Origin: Eledone cirrhosa
Lineage: Eukaryota
Reading direction: 5' to 3'
DNA length: 64,000 bases
Assembly (NCBI GenBank): GCA_964016885.1
Contig: OZ024744.1
Span: 106,888,001 to 106,952,000 of the forward strand
Shown: positions 1-14,400 of the stretch, in pieces
How positions within the stretch are numbered: position 1 is the first letter of the stretch
Layout: each line of letters begins with the position of its first letter
The notes under the pieces: generated by a model
The model's input: only the letters and a program-made list of their open reading frames with translations
Told to the model about the DNA's origin: nothing
The model's database searches: none
Made by a program: the position numbers and the translations under genes

Positions 1-178
1 GTAATCTCAGTGGAAAGAAGACCATAAAAAACATGGGCAGAGGTGGTGATAGTCAACCTCAGATCGCTCAAGCTCACAGAGGAGATGACGAAGGACCATG
101 TTAAATGGAGAGAGGCTGTGTTGAAAAGGACCCGACCCACACTTGCAAGCATGGAAAAGTAGATGTAAAATGTTGATG

Positions 179-180
<2 letters not shown>
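1..180 (+). mobile_element. 3' end of RTE-clade LINE with (GAT)n tail
   Basis: Homologous to 63640-63780 and to the reverse complement of 27345-27500 (aaaacatggg..gaggtggtga...ctcagatcgct...gaggagatgacgaaggac...cttgcaagca.ggaaaag). Confidence 0.8.
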
Positions 181-247
<67 letters not shown>

Positions 248-260
248 TATATATATGTAT
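181..260. repeat. (CA)n microsatellite with (AT)n flanks
   Basis: Directly visible. Confidence 0.95.
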
Positions 261-421
261 TTATTAAAATAACAGATTAAAGTTTAAGCAAAGAATCGCT
301 GCTTTCACCCTTAACGGGATCTTCTGAAACTCTATTTGCTCTAGGGTTCTTATATATTTGATATATATTTATCCTTATCGAGCCCTCTTTGGATTTTAGT
401 CTTCACATTTATTATTATTAC

Positions 422-422
<1 letters not shown>

Positions 423-488
<66 letters not shown>
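423..488. repeat. (TA)n microsatellite
   Basis: Directly visible. Confidence 0.95.
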
Positions 489-489
<1 letters not shown>

Positions 490-960
490 ACGGTGTACAG
501 ATAATAATAATACAGGTAAAAATAGCACATGTGAAAAAATAGTAAAAAGTCATAATTTAGTTTTAAAAATATATCAACTTCAAAAATGAATATGAACTGT
601 AGATAATTTGATTAAATTTTGTTTGAGGGGATCAGAAAATATATCAATATTATAGCTAAGGAAAATAGTTACATTCTATTGAAATACAATAAAGAACAAA
701 AAGATGCATTGTTGAAAACAGTGGAAACTGATATCTACAAATAAGACAACAACAACAACACTGAAAACAATTAAATTCTTGTAGGTGGTGTGTGTGTGTA
801 AGTGTGAGTGTATATATGTATATATATATATATGTATGTGTGTGTGGTTGTGTATGTATGTGTCTATGTGTGTGTATTCTGACTTTTCTCCCTTAACCCT
901 TTAACATTTACATTTCTCTATATCTACTATTGTATTTTTACAGTAAACACTTTATTTTAC

Positions 961-1159
961 ATAATTATAATAATTGTTTCTACTTTAGGCACAAGGCCAG
1001 CAATTACCCAGTGCATTACTGGTACTTTATTTTATCGACCCCGTAAGGATGAAAGGCAAAGTCAACCTCAGCGGGATTTGAACTCAGATCGTAAAGGGAC
1101 GTAACTATGCTGGAAAGCATGGCGTCCGACCCTCTACTGATACTGCCAATCCACCATGC
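961..1159 (-). mobile_element. tRNA-derived SINE with Meta-type central domain
   Basis: Minus strand has B-box GAGTTCAAATCC (1085-1074), then gttgactttgcctttcatccttacggggtcgataaaataaagtacc (MetaSINE-like domain) and an (ATT)n tail. A second partial copy lies at 63398-63500. Confidence 0.75.
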
Positions 1160-1174
1160 ACTACAACTCGTCAA

Positions 1175-1530
1175 AGGTGCATGTATAGTACATACAATAA
1201 TACACAAATGTCAGGGAAGTGAATAGTGTATGAGTCATGATATACATGTGTGTATAGAGGGGGAACATTAGGTGTAGTGTTGGCGAATCTCGGGAAGCAT
1301 GGAGGCCTTAAAGGATGCAGTGTCTCGACAAAAACAACTGATGCAGGTAGTTTGTTCCATGCTTCAGCAACTCTGAGCGTGAAAAAATGTTTCCGAAAGT
1401 CATGGGAACTGTACTGTTTTCTGACTTTGTGGGCATGCCGACGTGTGTGAGACACATGGAAATCAAAAAGGTACTCAGGGTTGTTGTTAGCAAGATGGTT
1501 CACAATTTTATCTCACATAATATCGAATCT
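1175..1530 (-). mobile_element. 3' fragment of CR1/L2-group LINE ORF2 plus 3' UTR
   Basis: ORF 1171..1503 contains TRRHAHKVRKQYSSHDFRKHFFTLRVAEAWNKLPASVV, the typical CR1/L2 C-terminal motif (R.H..K...R..FF..RV...WN.LP..VV). Confidence 0.8.
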
Positions 1531-2035
1531 ATAAGATTTTAATATTATTTATTTTGAGAACAATACCTTGATATAAGTATGAGTGGCTGGTTACAGCCGA
1601 TTTGAATAGAAAGAGGTGAGAGAATTCTGTTCGGATACGGCTGGTTTAAATACTAATGGGTTAACCTTATTTTATGTTAATACATGATCTTCAGTTCATA
1701 TATATATCTTTAATAAACTATTTATATTAATTGTGCCATTTCCCCCTATTTTCCCACATGTACTACTATTACTAGTACTATTTTTATACTAATTCTATTT
1801 ATACTAGAGTTATTTTCAACTAAATTTTAAAACAGTAAAAGCTTGCTTGCAATTTATTTATAAATAGGTCAGTGTGAACCAATTACAAATTCCTCGCCTC
1901 CTCAAATAAATAATTTAGTGCAAGATGTGAAAACTCATTCAGATTATTAAATAATTATTATTTTAGAAGAAATATATTTAAATATAATGTAGATTATTGT
2001 GTACAGTGTCTCACTTCTAAAATTATTGTGTACAA

Positions 2036-2452
2036 GTGGGGTCGTCAACCTACGGCCCCTGGTGGGATTTTGACCAGCCCACGAGAACTGATGCCAAATT
2101 TAAATTTATTGTAATATGAGAGACGAGATAATATCTTGCTCTTGGCATCAAGTTTGAATCTTTCAAGGAACAAAAGACATCAAATTTCCGATTAATTTTT
2201 TGGCTGCTATGTATTTTAAAGATTTTTGAAACAAATGATTTCAACGATGCCTTAAATTGAATAATTGATGTTTTTCCATTACTACATTTATGTGTGCTTA
2301 ATACAAACAATATTTAAGTATAGTCAACACTCGTGCTTAAATTTTAGCTTGTGTAATTTTCCATAATTATTCTTTTATGGCCTTCATCCAGCCTGCTATC
2401 CATCATTAATACTCGATCTGGCCCATGGAGACAAAGAAGCTGCCAACCCTTA
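2036..2452. mobile_element. hAT (Charlie-like) non-autonomous DNA transposon inserted in a satellite monomer
   Basis: Left end ggggtcgtcaacctacggccc and right end ggccc...aagctgccaaccctta resemble Charlie-type termini (CAGGGGTCGGCAAAC...GTTTGCCGACCCCTG). The 8-bp flanks gtgtacaa (2028-2035) and gtctacag (2453-2460) match 6/8. Confidence 0.65.
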
Positions 2453-5400
2453 GTCTACAGTGTCTCACTTCTAAAATTATAGTCTACAATGTCTCACTTC
2501 TAAAATTGTCTATAGTGTCTCACCTCTAATATTATAGTCTACAGTGTCTCACCTCTAAAATTATTGTCTACAATGTCTCACTTCTAAAATTATTGTCTAC
2601 AGTGTCTCACTTCTAAAATTATTGTCTACAGTGTCTCACTTCTAAAATTATTGTCTACAGTGTCTCACTTCTAAAATTATTGTCTACAGTGTCTCACCTC
2701 TAAAATTATTGTCTACAGTGTCTCACTTCTAAAATTATTGTCTACAGTGTCTCACCTCTAAAATTATTGTCTACAATGTCTCACTTCTAAAATTATTGTC
2801 TACAGTGTCTCACTTCTAAAATTATTGTCTACAGTGTCTCACTTCTAAAATTATTGTCTGCAGTGTCTCACCTCTAAAATTATTGTCTACAGTGTCTCAC
2901 CTCTAAAATTATTGTCTACAGTGTCTCACCTCTAAAATTATTGTTTACAGTGTCTCACCTCTAAAATTATAGTCTACAATGTCTCACTTCTAAAATTATT
3001 GTCTACAGTGTCTCACTTCTAAAATTGTCTATAGTGTCTCACTTCTAAAATTATTGTCTACAGTGTCTCACTTCTAAAATTATTGTCTACAGTGTCTCAC
3101 TTCTAAAATTATTGTCTATAGTGTCTCACCTCTAATATTATAGTCTACAGTGTCTCACTTCTAAAATTATTGTCTACAGTCTCACCTCTAAAATTATTGT
3201 CAACAGTGTCTCACCTCTAAAATTATTGTCTACAGTGTCTCACTTCTAAAATTATTGTCTACAGTGTCTCACCTCTAAAATTATTGTCTACAGTGTCTCA
3301 CTTCTAAAATTATTGTCTACAGTGTCTCACTTCTAAAATTATTGTCTACAGTGTCTCACCTCTAAAATTATTGTCTACAGTGTCTCACCTCTAAAATTAT
3401 TGTCTACAGTGTCTCACTTCTAAAATTATTGTCTACAGTGTCTCACCTCTAAAATTATTGTCTACAGTGTCTTACCTCTAAAATTATTGTCTACAGTGTC
3501 TCACTTCTAAAATTATTGTCTACAGTGTCTCACTTCTAAAATTATTGTCTACAGTGTCTCACTTCTAAAATTATTGTCTACAGTGTCTCACTTCTAAAAT
3601 TATTGTCTATAGTGTCTCACCTCTAATATTATAGTCTACAGTGTCTCACTTCTAAAATTATTGTCTACAGTCTCACCTCTAAAATTATTGTCAACAGTGT
3701 CTCACCTCTAAAATTATTGTCTACAGTGTCTCACTTCTAAAATTATTGTCTACAGTGTCTCACCTCTAAAATTATTGTCTACAGTGTCTCACCTCTAAAA
3801 TTATTGTCTACAGTGTCTTACTTCTAAAATTATAGTCTACAGTGTCTTACCTCTAAAATTATTGTATACAGGGTCTCACTTCTAAAATTATTGTCTACAA
3901 TGTCTCACCTCTAATATTATTGTCTACAATATCTCACCTCTAATATTATTGTCTACAGTGTCTCACTTCTAAAATTATAGTCTACAGTGTCTCACTTCTA
4001 AAATTATTGTCTACAGTGTCTCACTTCTAAAATTATTGTCTACAGTGTCTCACTTCTAAAATTATTGTCTACAGTGTCTCACTTCTAAAATTATTGTCTA
4101 CAGTGTCTCACCTCTAATATTATTGTCTACAGTGTCTCACATCTAAAATTATTGTCTAGAGTGTCTCACTTCTAAAATTATAGTCTACAGTGTCTCACTT
4201 CTAAAATTATTGTCTACAGTGTCTCACCTCTAATATTATTGTCTACAGTGTCTCACCTCTAAAATTATAGTCTACAGTGTCTTACCTCTAAAATTATTGT
4301 CTACAGTGTCCCTCCTCTAAAATTATTGTCTACAGTGTCTCACTTCTAATATTATTGTTTACAGTGTCTCACCTCTAAAATTATTGTCTACAGTGTCTCA
4401 CTTCTAAAATTATTGTCTACAGTGTCTCACTTCTAAAATTATTGTCTACAGTGTCTCACTTCTAAAATTATTGTATACAGTGTCTCACTTCTAAAATTAT
4501 AGTCTACAGTGTCTCACTTCTAAAATTATTGTATACAGTGTCTCACTTCTAAAATTATTGTCTACAATATCTCACCTCTAAAATTATAGTCTACAGTGTC
4601 TCACTTCTAAAATTATTGTCTACAGTGTCTCACTTCTAAAATTATTGTATACAGTGTCTCACTTCTAAAATTATTGTCTACAGTGTCTCACCTCTAAAAT
4701 TATTGTCTACAGTGTCTCACTTCTAAAATTATTGTCTACAGTGTCTCACCTCTAAAATTATTGTCTACAGTGTCTCACTTCTAATATTATTGTTTACAGT
4801 GTCTCACCTCTAAAATTATTGTCTACAGTGTCTCACTTCTAAAATTATTGTCTACAGTGTCTCACTTCTAAAATTATTGTCTACAGTGTCTCACTTCTAA
4901 AATTATTGTATACAGTGTCTCACTTCTAAAATTATAGTCTACAGTGTCTCACTTCTAAAATTATTGTCTACAGTGTCTCACTTCTAAAATTATTGTATAC
5001 AGTGTCTCACTTCTAAAATTATTGTCTACAGTGTCTCACCTCCAAAATTATTGTCTACAGTGTCTCACTTCTAAAACTATTGTCTACAGTGTCTCACTTC
5101 TAAAATTATAGTCTACAGTGTCTCACTTCTAAAATTATAGTCTACAGTGTCTCACTTCTAAAATTATTGTCTACAGTGTCTCACCTCTAAAATTATTGTA
5201 TACAGTGTCTTACCTCTAAAATTATTGTCTACAGTGTCTCACCTTTAAAATTATTGTCTACAGTGGCTTACTTCTAAAATTATAGTCTACAGTGTCTTAC
5301 CTCTAAAATTATTGTATACAGGGTCTCACTTCTAAAATTATTGTCTACAATGCCTCACCTCTAATATTATTGTCTACAATGTCTCACCTCTAATATTATT

Positions 5401-8400
5401 GTCTACAGTGTCTCACTTCTAAAATTATTGTCTACAGTGTCTCACTTCTAAAATTATTGTCTACAGTGTCTCACTTCTAAAATTGTCCACAATGTCTCAC
5501 CTCTAATATTATTGTCTACAGTGTCTCACTTCTAAAATTATTGTCTACAGTGTCTCACCTCTAAAATTATTGTCTACAATACCTCACCTCTGAAATTATT
5601 GTCTACAGTGTCTCACCTGTAAAATTATTGTCTACAGTGTCTCACTTCTAAATTTGTCTACAATGTCTCCCTTCTAAATTATTGTCTACAGTGTCTCACT
5701 TCTAAAATTGTCCACGGTGTCTCACTTCTAAAATTATTGTCTACAATGTCTCCCATCTAAAATTATTGTCTACAGTGTCTCACTTCTAAAATTGTTGTCT
5801 ACAATGTCTCACTTCTAAAATTATTGTCTACAATGTCTCACTTCTAAAATTGTCTATAGTGTCTCACCTCTATAATTATTGTCTACAGTGTCTCACTTCT
5901 AATATTATAGTCTACAGTGTCTCACTTCTAAAATTATTGTCTACAGTGTCTCACCTCTAAAATTATTGTTTACAGTGTCTCACTTTTAAATTATCGTCTA
6001 AAATGTCTCACTTCTAAAATTGTCTAGTGTCTTACCTCTAAAATTATTGTCTACAGTGTCTCACCTCTAAAATTATTGTCTACAGTGTCTTACCTCTAAA
6101 ATTATTGTCTACAGTGTCTTACCTCTAAAATTATTGTCTACAGTGTCTTACCTCTAAAATTATAGTCTACAGTGTCTTACCTCTAAAATTATAGTCTACA
6201 GAGTCTCACTTCTAAAATTATTGTCTACAATATCTCACCTCTAATATTATTGTCTACAATGTCTCACCTCTAATATTATTGTCTACAGTGTCTCACTTCT
6301 AAAATTGTTGTTTACAGTGTCTCACTTTTAAAATTATTGTCAACAGGGTCTCACTTCTAAAATTATTGTCTACAGTGTCTCACTTCTAAAATTGTCCACA
6401 ATGTCTCACCTCTAATATTATTGTCTACAGTGTCTCACTTCTAAAATTATTGTTTACAGTGTCTCACTTCTAAAATTATTGTTTACAGTGTCTCACTTTT
6501 AAAATTATTGTCAACAGGGTCTGACTTCTAAAATTATTGTCTACAGTGTCTCACCTCTAAAATTATTGTCTACAATGCCTCACCTCTAAAATTATTGTCT
6601 ACAGTATCTCACCTGTAAAATTATTGTCTAGTGTCTCACTTCTAAATTTGTCTACAATGTCTCCCTTCTAAAATTATTGTCTACAGTGTCTCACTTCTAA
6701 AATTGTCCACGGTGTCTCACTTCTAAAATTATTGTCTACAATGTCTCACTTCTAAAATTGTCTATAGTGTCTCACCTCTATAATTATTGTCTACAGTGTC
6801 TCACTTCTAATATTATAGTCTACAGTGTCTCACTTCTAAAATGATCTACAGTGTCTCACTTCTAAAATTATTGTCTACAGTGTCTCACCTCTAAAATTAT
6901 TGTTTACAGTGTCTCACTTTTAAATTATCGTCTAAAATGTCTCACTTCTAAAATTGTCTAGTGTCTTACCTCTAAAATTATTGTCTACAGTGTCTCATCT
7001 CTAAAATTATTGTCTACAGTGTCTCACCTCTAAAATTATTGTCTACAGTGTCTTACCTCTAAAATTATTGTCTACAGTGTCTTACCTCTAAAATTATAGT
7101 CTACAGAGTCTCACTTCTAAAATTATTGTCTACAATATCTCACCTCTAATATTATTGTCTACAATGTCTCACCTCTAATATTATTGTCTACAGTGTCTCA
7201 CTTCTAAAATTGTTGTTTACAGTGTCTCACTTTTAAAATTATTGTCAACAGGGTCTCACTTCTAAAATTATTGTCTACAGTGTCTCACTTCTAAAATTGT
7301 CCACAATGTCTCACCTCTAATATTATTGTCTACAGTGTCTCACTTCTAAAATTATTGTTTACAGTGTCTCACTTTTAAAATTATTGTCAACAGGGTCTGA
7401 CTTCTAAAATTATTGTCTACAGTGTCTCACCTCTAAAATTATTGTCTCCAATGCCTCACCTCTAAAATTATTGTCTACAGTGTCTGACCTGTAAAATTAT
7501 TGTCTACAGTGTCTCACTTCTAAATTTGTCTACAATGTCTCCCTTCTAAAATTATTGTCTACAGTGTCTCACTTCTAAAATTGTCCACGGTGTCTCATTT
7601 CTAAAATGATTGTCTACAATGTCTCACTTCTAAAATTATTGTCTACAATGTCTCACTTCTAAAATTGTCTATAGTGTCTCACCTCTATAATTATTGTCTA
7701 CAGTGTCTCACTTCTAATATTATAGTCTACAGTGTCTCACTTCTAAAATGATCTACAGTGTCTCACTTCTAAAATTATTGTCTACAGTGTCTCACCTCTA
7801 AAATTATTGTCTACAATGCCTCACCTCTAAAATTATTGTCTACAGTGTCTCACTTGTAAAATTATTGTCTACAGTGTCTCACTTCTAAATTTGTCTACAA
7901 TGTCTCCCTTCTAAAATTATTGTCTACAGTGTCTCACTTCTAAAATTGTCCACGGTGTCTCACTTCTAAAATTATTGTCTGCAATGTCTCACTTCTAAAA
8001 TTGTCTATAGTGTCTCACCTCTATAATTATTGTCTACAGTGTCTCACTTCTAATATTATAGTCTACAGTTTCTCACTTCTAAAATGATCTACAGTGTCTC
8101 ACTTCTATAATTATTGTCTACAGTGTCTCACTTCTAATATTATAGTCTACAGTGTCTCACTTCTAAAATGATCTACAGTGTCTCACTTCTAAAATTATTG
8201 TCTACAGTGTCTCACCTCTAAAATTATTGTTTACAGTGTCTCACTTTTAAATTATCGTCTAAAATGTCTCACTTCTAAAATTGTCTAGTGTCTTACCTCT
8301 AAAATTATTGTCTACAGTGTCTCATCTCTAAAATTATTGTCTACAGTGTCTCACCTCTAAAATTATTGTCTACAGTGTCTTACCTCTAAAATTATTGTCT

Positions 8401-11400
8401 ACAGTGTCTTACCTCTAAAATTACAGTCTACAGAGTCTCACTTCTAAAATTATTGTCTACAATATCTCACCTCTAATATTATTGTCTACAATGTCTCACC
8501 TCTAATATTATTGTCTACAGTGTCTCACTTCTAAAATTGTTGTTTACAGTGTCTCACTTTTAAAATTATTGTCAACAGGGTCTCACTTCTAAAATTATTG
8601 TCTACAGTGTCTCACTTCTAAAATTGTCCACAATGTCTCACCTCTAATATTATTGTCTACAGTGTCTCACTTCTAAAATTATTGTTTACAGTGTCTCACT
8701 TTTAAAATTATTGTCAACAGGGTCTGACTTCTAAAATTATTGTCTACAATGCCTCACCTCTAAAATTATTGTCTACAGTGTCTCACCTGTTAAATTATTG
8801 TCTACAGTGTCTCACTTCTAAATTTGTCTACAATGTCTCCCTTCTAAAATTATTGTCTACAGTGTCTCACTTCTAAATTTGTCTACAATGTCTCCCTTCT
8901 AAAATTATTGTCTACAATGTCTCACTTCTAAAATTATTGTCTACAATGTCTCACTTCTAAAATTGTCTGTAGTGTCTCACCTCTATAATTATTGTCTACA
9001 GTGTCTCACTTCTAATATTATAGTCTACAGTGTCTCACTTCTAAAATGATCTACAGTGTCTCACTTCTAAAATTATTGTCTACAGTGTCTCACCTCTAAA
9101 ATTATTGTTTACAGTGTCTCACTTTTAAATTATCGTCTAAAATGTCTCACTTCTAAGATTGTCTAGTGTCTTACCTCTAAAATTATTATCTACAGTGTCT
9201 CACTTCTAAAATTGTCCACAATGTCTCACCTCTAATATTATTGTCTACAGTGTCTCACTTCTAAAATTATTGTTTACAGTGTCTCACTTCTAAAATTATT
9301 GTTTACAGTGTCTCACTTTTAAAATTATTGTCAACAGGGTCTGACTTCTAAAATTATTGTCTACAGTGTCTCACCTCTAAAATTATTGTCTACAATGCCT
9401 CACCTCTAAAATTATTGTCTACAGTATCTCACCTGTAAAATTATTGTCTAGTGTCTCACTTCTAAATTTGTCTACAATGTCTCCCTTCTAAAATTATTGT
9501 CTACAGTGTCTCACTTCTAAAATTGTCCACGGTGTCTCACTTCTAAAATTATTGTCTACAATGTCTCACTTCTAAAATTGTCTATAGTGTCTCACCTCTA
9601 TAATTATTGTCTACAGTGTCTCACTTCTAATATTATAGTCTACAGTGTCTCACTTCTAAAATGATCAACAGTGTCTCACTTCTAAAATTATTGTCTACAG
9701 TGTCTCACCTCTAAAATTATTGTTTACAGTGTCTCACTTTTAAATTATCGTCTAAAATGTCTCACTTCTAAAATTGTCTAGTGTCTTACCTCTAAAATTA
9801 TTGTCTACAGTGTCTCATCTCTAAAATTATTGTTTACAGTGTCTCACCTCTAAAATTATTGTCTACAGTGTCTTACCTCTAAAATTATTGTCTACAGTGT
9901 CTTACCTCTAAAATTATAGTCTACAGAGTCTCACTTCTAAAATTATTGTCTACAATATCTCACCTCTAATATTATTGTCTACAATGTCTCACCTCTAATA
10001 TTATTGTCTACAGTGTCTCACTTCTAAAATTGTTGTTTACAGTGTCTCACTTTTAAAATTATTGTCAACAGGGTCTCACTTCTAAAATTATTGTCTACAG
10101 TGTCTCACTTCTAAAATTGTCCACAATGTCTCACCTCTAATATTATTGTCTACAGTGTCTCACTTCTAAAATTATTGTTTACAGTGTCTCACTTTTAAAA
10201 TTATTGTCAACAGGGTCTGACTTCTAAAATTATTGTCTACAGTGTCTCACCTCTAAAATTATTGTCTCCAATGCCTCACCTCTAAAATTATTGTCTACAG
10301 TGTCTGACCTGTAAAATTATTGTCTACAGTGTCTCACTTCTAAATTTGTCTACAATGTCTCCCTTCTAAAATTATTGTCTACAGTGTCTCACTTCTAAAA
10401 TTGTCCACGGTGTCTCATTTCTAAAATTATTGTCTACAATGTCTCACTTCTAAAATTATTGTCTACAATGTCTCACTTCTAAAATTGTCTATAGTGTCTC
10501 ACCTCTATAATTATTGTCTACAGTGTCTCACTTCTAATATTATAGTCTACAGTGTCTCACTTCTAAAATGATCTACAGTGTCTCACTTCTAAAATTATTG
10601 TCTACAGTGTCTCACCTCTAAAATTATTGTCTACAATGCCTCACCTCTAAAATTATTGTCTACAGTGTCTCACCTGTAAAATTATTGTCTACAGTGTCTC
10701 ACTTCTTAATTTGTCTACAATGTCTCCCTTCTAAAATTATTGTCTACAGTGTCTCACTTCTAAAATTGTCCACGGTGTCTCACTTCTAAAATTATTGTCT
10801 ACAATGTCTCACTTCTAAAATTGTCTATAGTGTCTCACCTCTATAATTATTGTCTACAGTGTCTCACTTCTAATATTATAGTCTACAGTGTCTCACTTCT
10901 AAAATGATCTACAGTGTCTCACTTCTATAATTATTGTCTACAGTGTCTCACTTCTAATATTATAGTCTACAGTGTCTCACTTCTAAAATGATCTACAGTG
11001 TCTCACTTCTAAAATTATTGTCTACAGTGTCTCACCTCTAAAATTATTGTTTACAGTGTCTCACTTTTAAATTATCGTCTAAAATGTCTCACTTCTAAAA
11101 TTGTCTAGTGTCTTACCTCTAAAATTATTGTCTACAGTGTCTCATCTCTAAAATTATTGTCTACAGTGTCTCACCTCTAAAATTATTGTCTACAGTGTCT
11201 TACCTCTAAAATTATTGTCTACAGTGTCTTACCTCTAAAATTATAGTCTACAGAGTCTCACTTCTAAAATTATTGTCTACAATATCTCACCTCTAATATT
11301 ATTGTCTACAATGTCTCACCTCTAATATTATTGTCTACAGTGTCTCACTTCTAAAATTGTTGTTTACAGTGTCTCACTTTTAAAATTATTGTCAACAGGG

Positions 11401-14400
11401 TCTCACTTCTAAAATTATTGTCTACAGTGTCTCACTTCTAAAATTGTCCACAATGTCTCACCTCTAATATTATTGTCTACAGTGTCTCACTTCTAAAATT
11501 ATTGTTTACAGTGTCTCACTTTTAAAATTATTGTCAACAGGGTCTGACTTCTAAAATTATTGTCTACAATGCCTCACCTCTAAAATTATTGTCTACAGTG
11601 TCTCACCTGTTAAATTATTGTCTACAGTGTCTCACTTCTAAATTTGTCTACAATGTCTCCCTTCTAAAATTATTGTCTACAGTGTCTCACTTCTAAATTT
11701 GTCTACAATGTCTCCCTTCTAAAATTATTGTCTACAATGTCTCACTTCTAAAATTATTGTCTACAATGTCTCACTTCTAAAATTGTCTATAGTGTCTCAC
11801 CTCTATAATTATTGTCTACAGTGTCTCACTTCTAATATTATAGTCTACAGTGTCTCACTTCTAAAATGATCTACAGTGTCTCACTTCTAAAATTATTGTC
11901 TACAGTGTCTCACCTCTAAAATTATTGTTTACAGTGTCTCACTTTTAAATTATCGTCTAAAATGTCTCACTTCTAAGATTGTCTAGTGTCTTACCTCTAA
12001 AATTATTATCTACAGTGTCTCCCTTCTAAAATTATTGTCAACAGTGTCTCACCTCTAAAATTATTGTCTACAGTGTCTCAATTCTAAAATTATAGTCTAT
12101 AGTGTCTCACCTCTAAAATTATTGTCTACAGTGTCTCAATTCTAAAATTATAGTCTATAGTGTCTTACCTCTAAAATTATTATCTACAGTGTCTCCCTTC
12201 TAAAATTATTGTCAACAGTGTCTCACCTCTAAAATTATTGTCTACAGTGTCTCAATTCTAAAATTATAGTCTATAGTGTCTCACCTCTAAAATTATTGTC
12301 TACAGTGTCTCAATTCTAAAATTATAGTCTACAGTGTCTCACTTCTAAAACTATTGTCTACAGTGTCTTACCTCTAAAATTATTGTCTACAGTGTCTCCC
12401 TTTTAAGATTATTGTCTACAGTGTCTCACTTCTAAAATTATTGTCTAGTGTCTCAATTCTAAAATTATAGTCTATAGTGTCTCACCTCTAAATTTATTGG
12501 CTACAGTGTCTCACTTCTAAAATTATTGTCTACAGTGTCTCACCTCTAAAATTATAGTCTATAGTGTCTCACCTCTAAAATTATTGTCTACAGTCTCACT
12601 TCTAAAATTATTGTCTACAGTGTCTCACCTCTAAATTTATTGTCTACAATGTCTCACCTCTAAAATTATTGTCTACAATGCCTCACCTCTAAAATTATTG
12701 TCTAGTGTCTCACCTGTAAAATTATTGTCTACAGTGTCTCACTTCTAAATTTGTTTACAATGTCTCCCTTCTAAAATTATTATCTACAGTGTCTCACTTC
12801 TAAAATTATTGTCTACAGTGTCTCACTTCTAAAATTATTGTTTACAGTGTCTCAATTCTAAAATTATAGTCTATAGTGTCTCACCTCTAAACTTATTGTC
12901 TACAGTGTCTCACTTCTAAAACTATTGTCTACAGTGTCTCACCTCTAAAATTATAGTCTACAGTGTCTCACCTCTAAAATTATTGTCTACAGTATCTCAC
13001 CTCTAAAATTATTGTCTACAGTGTCTCACCTCTAAAATTATAGTCTACAGTGTCTCACCTCTAAAATTATAGTCTACAGTGTCTCACCTCTAAAATTATA
13101 GTCTACAGTGTCTCACCTCTAAAATTATTGTCTACAGTGTCTCACCTCTAAAATTATAGTCTACAGTGTCTCACCTCTAAAATTATAGTCTACAGTGTCT
13201 CACCTCTAAAATTATAGTCTACAGTGTCTCACCTCTAAAATTATAGTCTACAGTGTCTCACCTCTAAAATTATAGTCTACAGTGTCTCACCTCTAAAATT
13301 ATAGTCTACAGTGTGTCACCTCTAATATTATTGTCTACAGTGTCTCACCTCTAAAATTATTGTCTACAGTGTCTTACCTCTAAAATTATAGTCTACAGTG
13401 TCTCACTTCTAAAATTATTGTCTACAATGTCTCACCTCTAATATTATTGTATACAGTGTCTCACTTCTAAAATTATTGTCTACAGTGTCTTACCTCTAAA
13501 ATTATTGTCTACAGTGTCTTACCTCTAAAATTATTGTCTACAGTGTCTTACCTCTAAAATTATTGTCTACAGTGTCTTACCTCTAAAATTATAGTTTACA
13601 GTGTCTCACTTCTAAAATTATTGTCTACAATGTCTCACCTCTAATATTATTGTCCACAATGTCTCACCTCTAATATTATTGTCTACAGTGTCTCACCTCT
13701 AAAATTATTGTCTACAGTGTCTTACCTCTAAAATTATAGTCTACAGTGTCTCACTTCTAAAATTATTGTCTACAATGTCTCACCTCTAATATTATTGTAT
13801 ACAGTGTCTCACTTCTAAAATTATTGTCTACAGTGTCTTACCTCTAAAATTATTGTCTACAGTGTCTTACCTCTAAAATTATTGTCTACAGTGTCTTACC
13901 TCTAAAATTATAGTCTACAGAGTCTCACTTCTAAAATTATTGTCTACAATATCTCACCTCTAATATTATTGTCTACAATGTCTCACCTCTAATATTATTG
14001 TCTACAGTGTCTCACTTCTAAAATTGTTGATTACGGTGTCTCACTTTTAAAATTATTGTCTACAGTGTCTCACTTCTAAAATTGTCCACAATGTCTCACC
14101 TCTAATATTATTGTCTACAGTGTCTCACTTCTAAAATTATTGTTTACAGTGTCTCACTTTTAAAATTATTGTCAACAGGGTCTGACTTCTAAAATTATTG
14201 TCTACAATGCCTCACCTCTAAAATTATTGTCTACAGTGTCTCACCTGTTAAATTATTGTCTACAGTGTCTCACTTCTAAATTTGTCTACAATGTCTCCCT
14301 TCTAAAATTATTGTCTACAGTGACTCACTTCTAAATTTGTCTACAATGTCTCCCTTCTAAAATTATTGTCTACAATGTCTCACTTCTAAAATTATTGTCT

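Larger units (their letters stand above)
893..1664. mobile_element. Putative piggyBac-type non-autonomous element (TTAA-CCC...GGG-TTAA) carrying nested insertions
   Basis: Left end TTAA|CCCTTTAACATTTACA at 893. Right end reverse-complements to TTAA|CCCATTAGTATTTAAA at 1664. 12/16 TIR match plus TTAA on both sides. Confidence 0.5.

Noticed and set aside
615-744. Short plus-strand open frame (…EGIRKYINIIAKENSYILLKYNKEQKDALLKTVETDIYK*)
   Set aside because: No start codon, splice support or recognisable homology. Expected by chance in AT-rich DNA.
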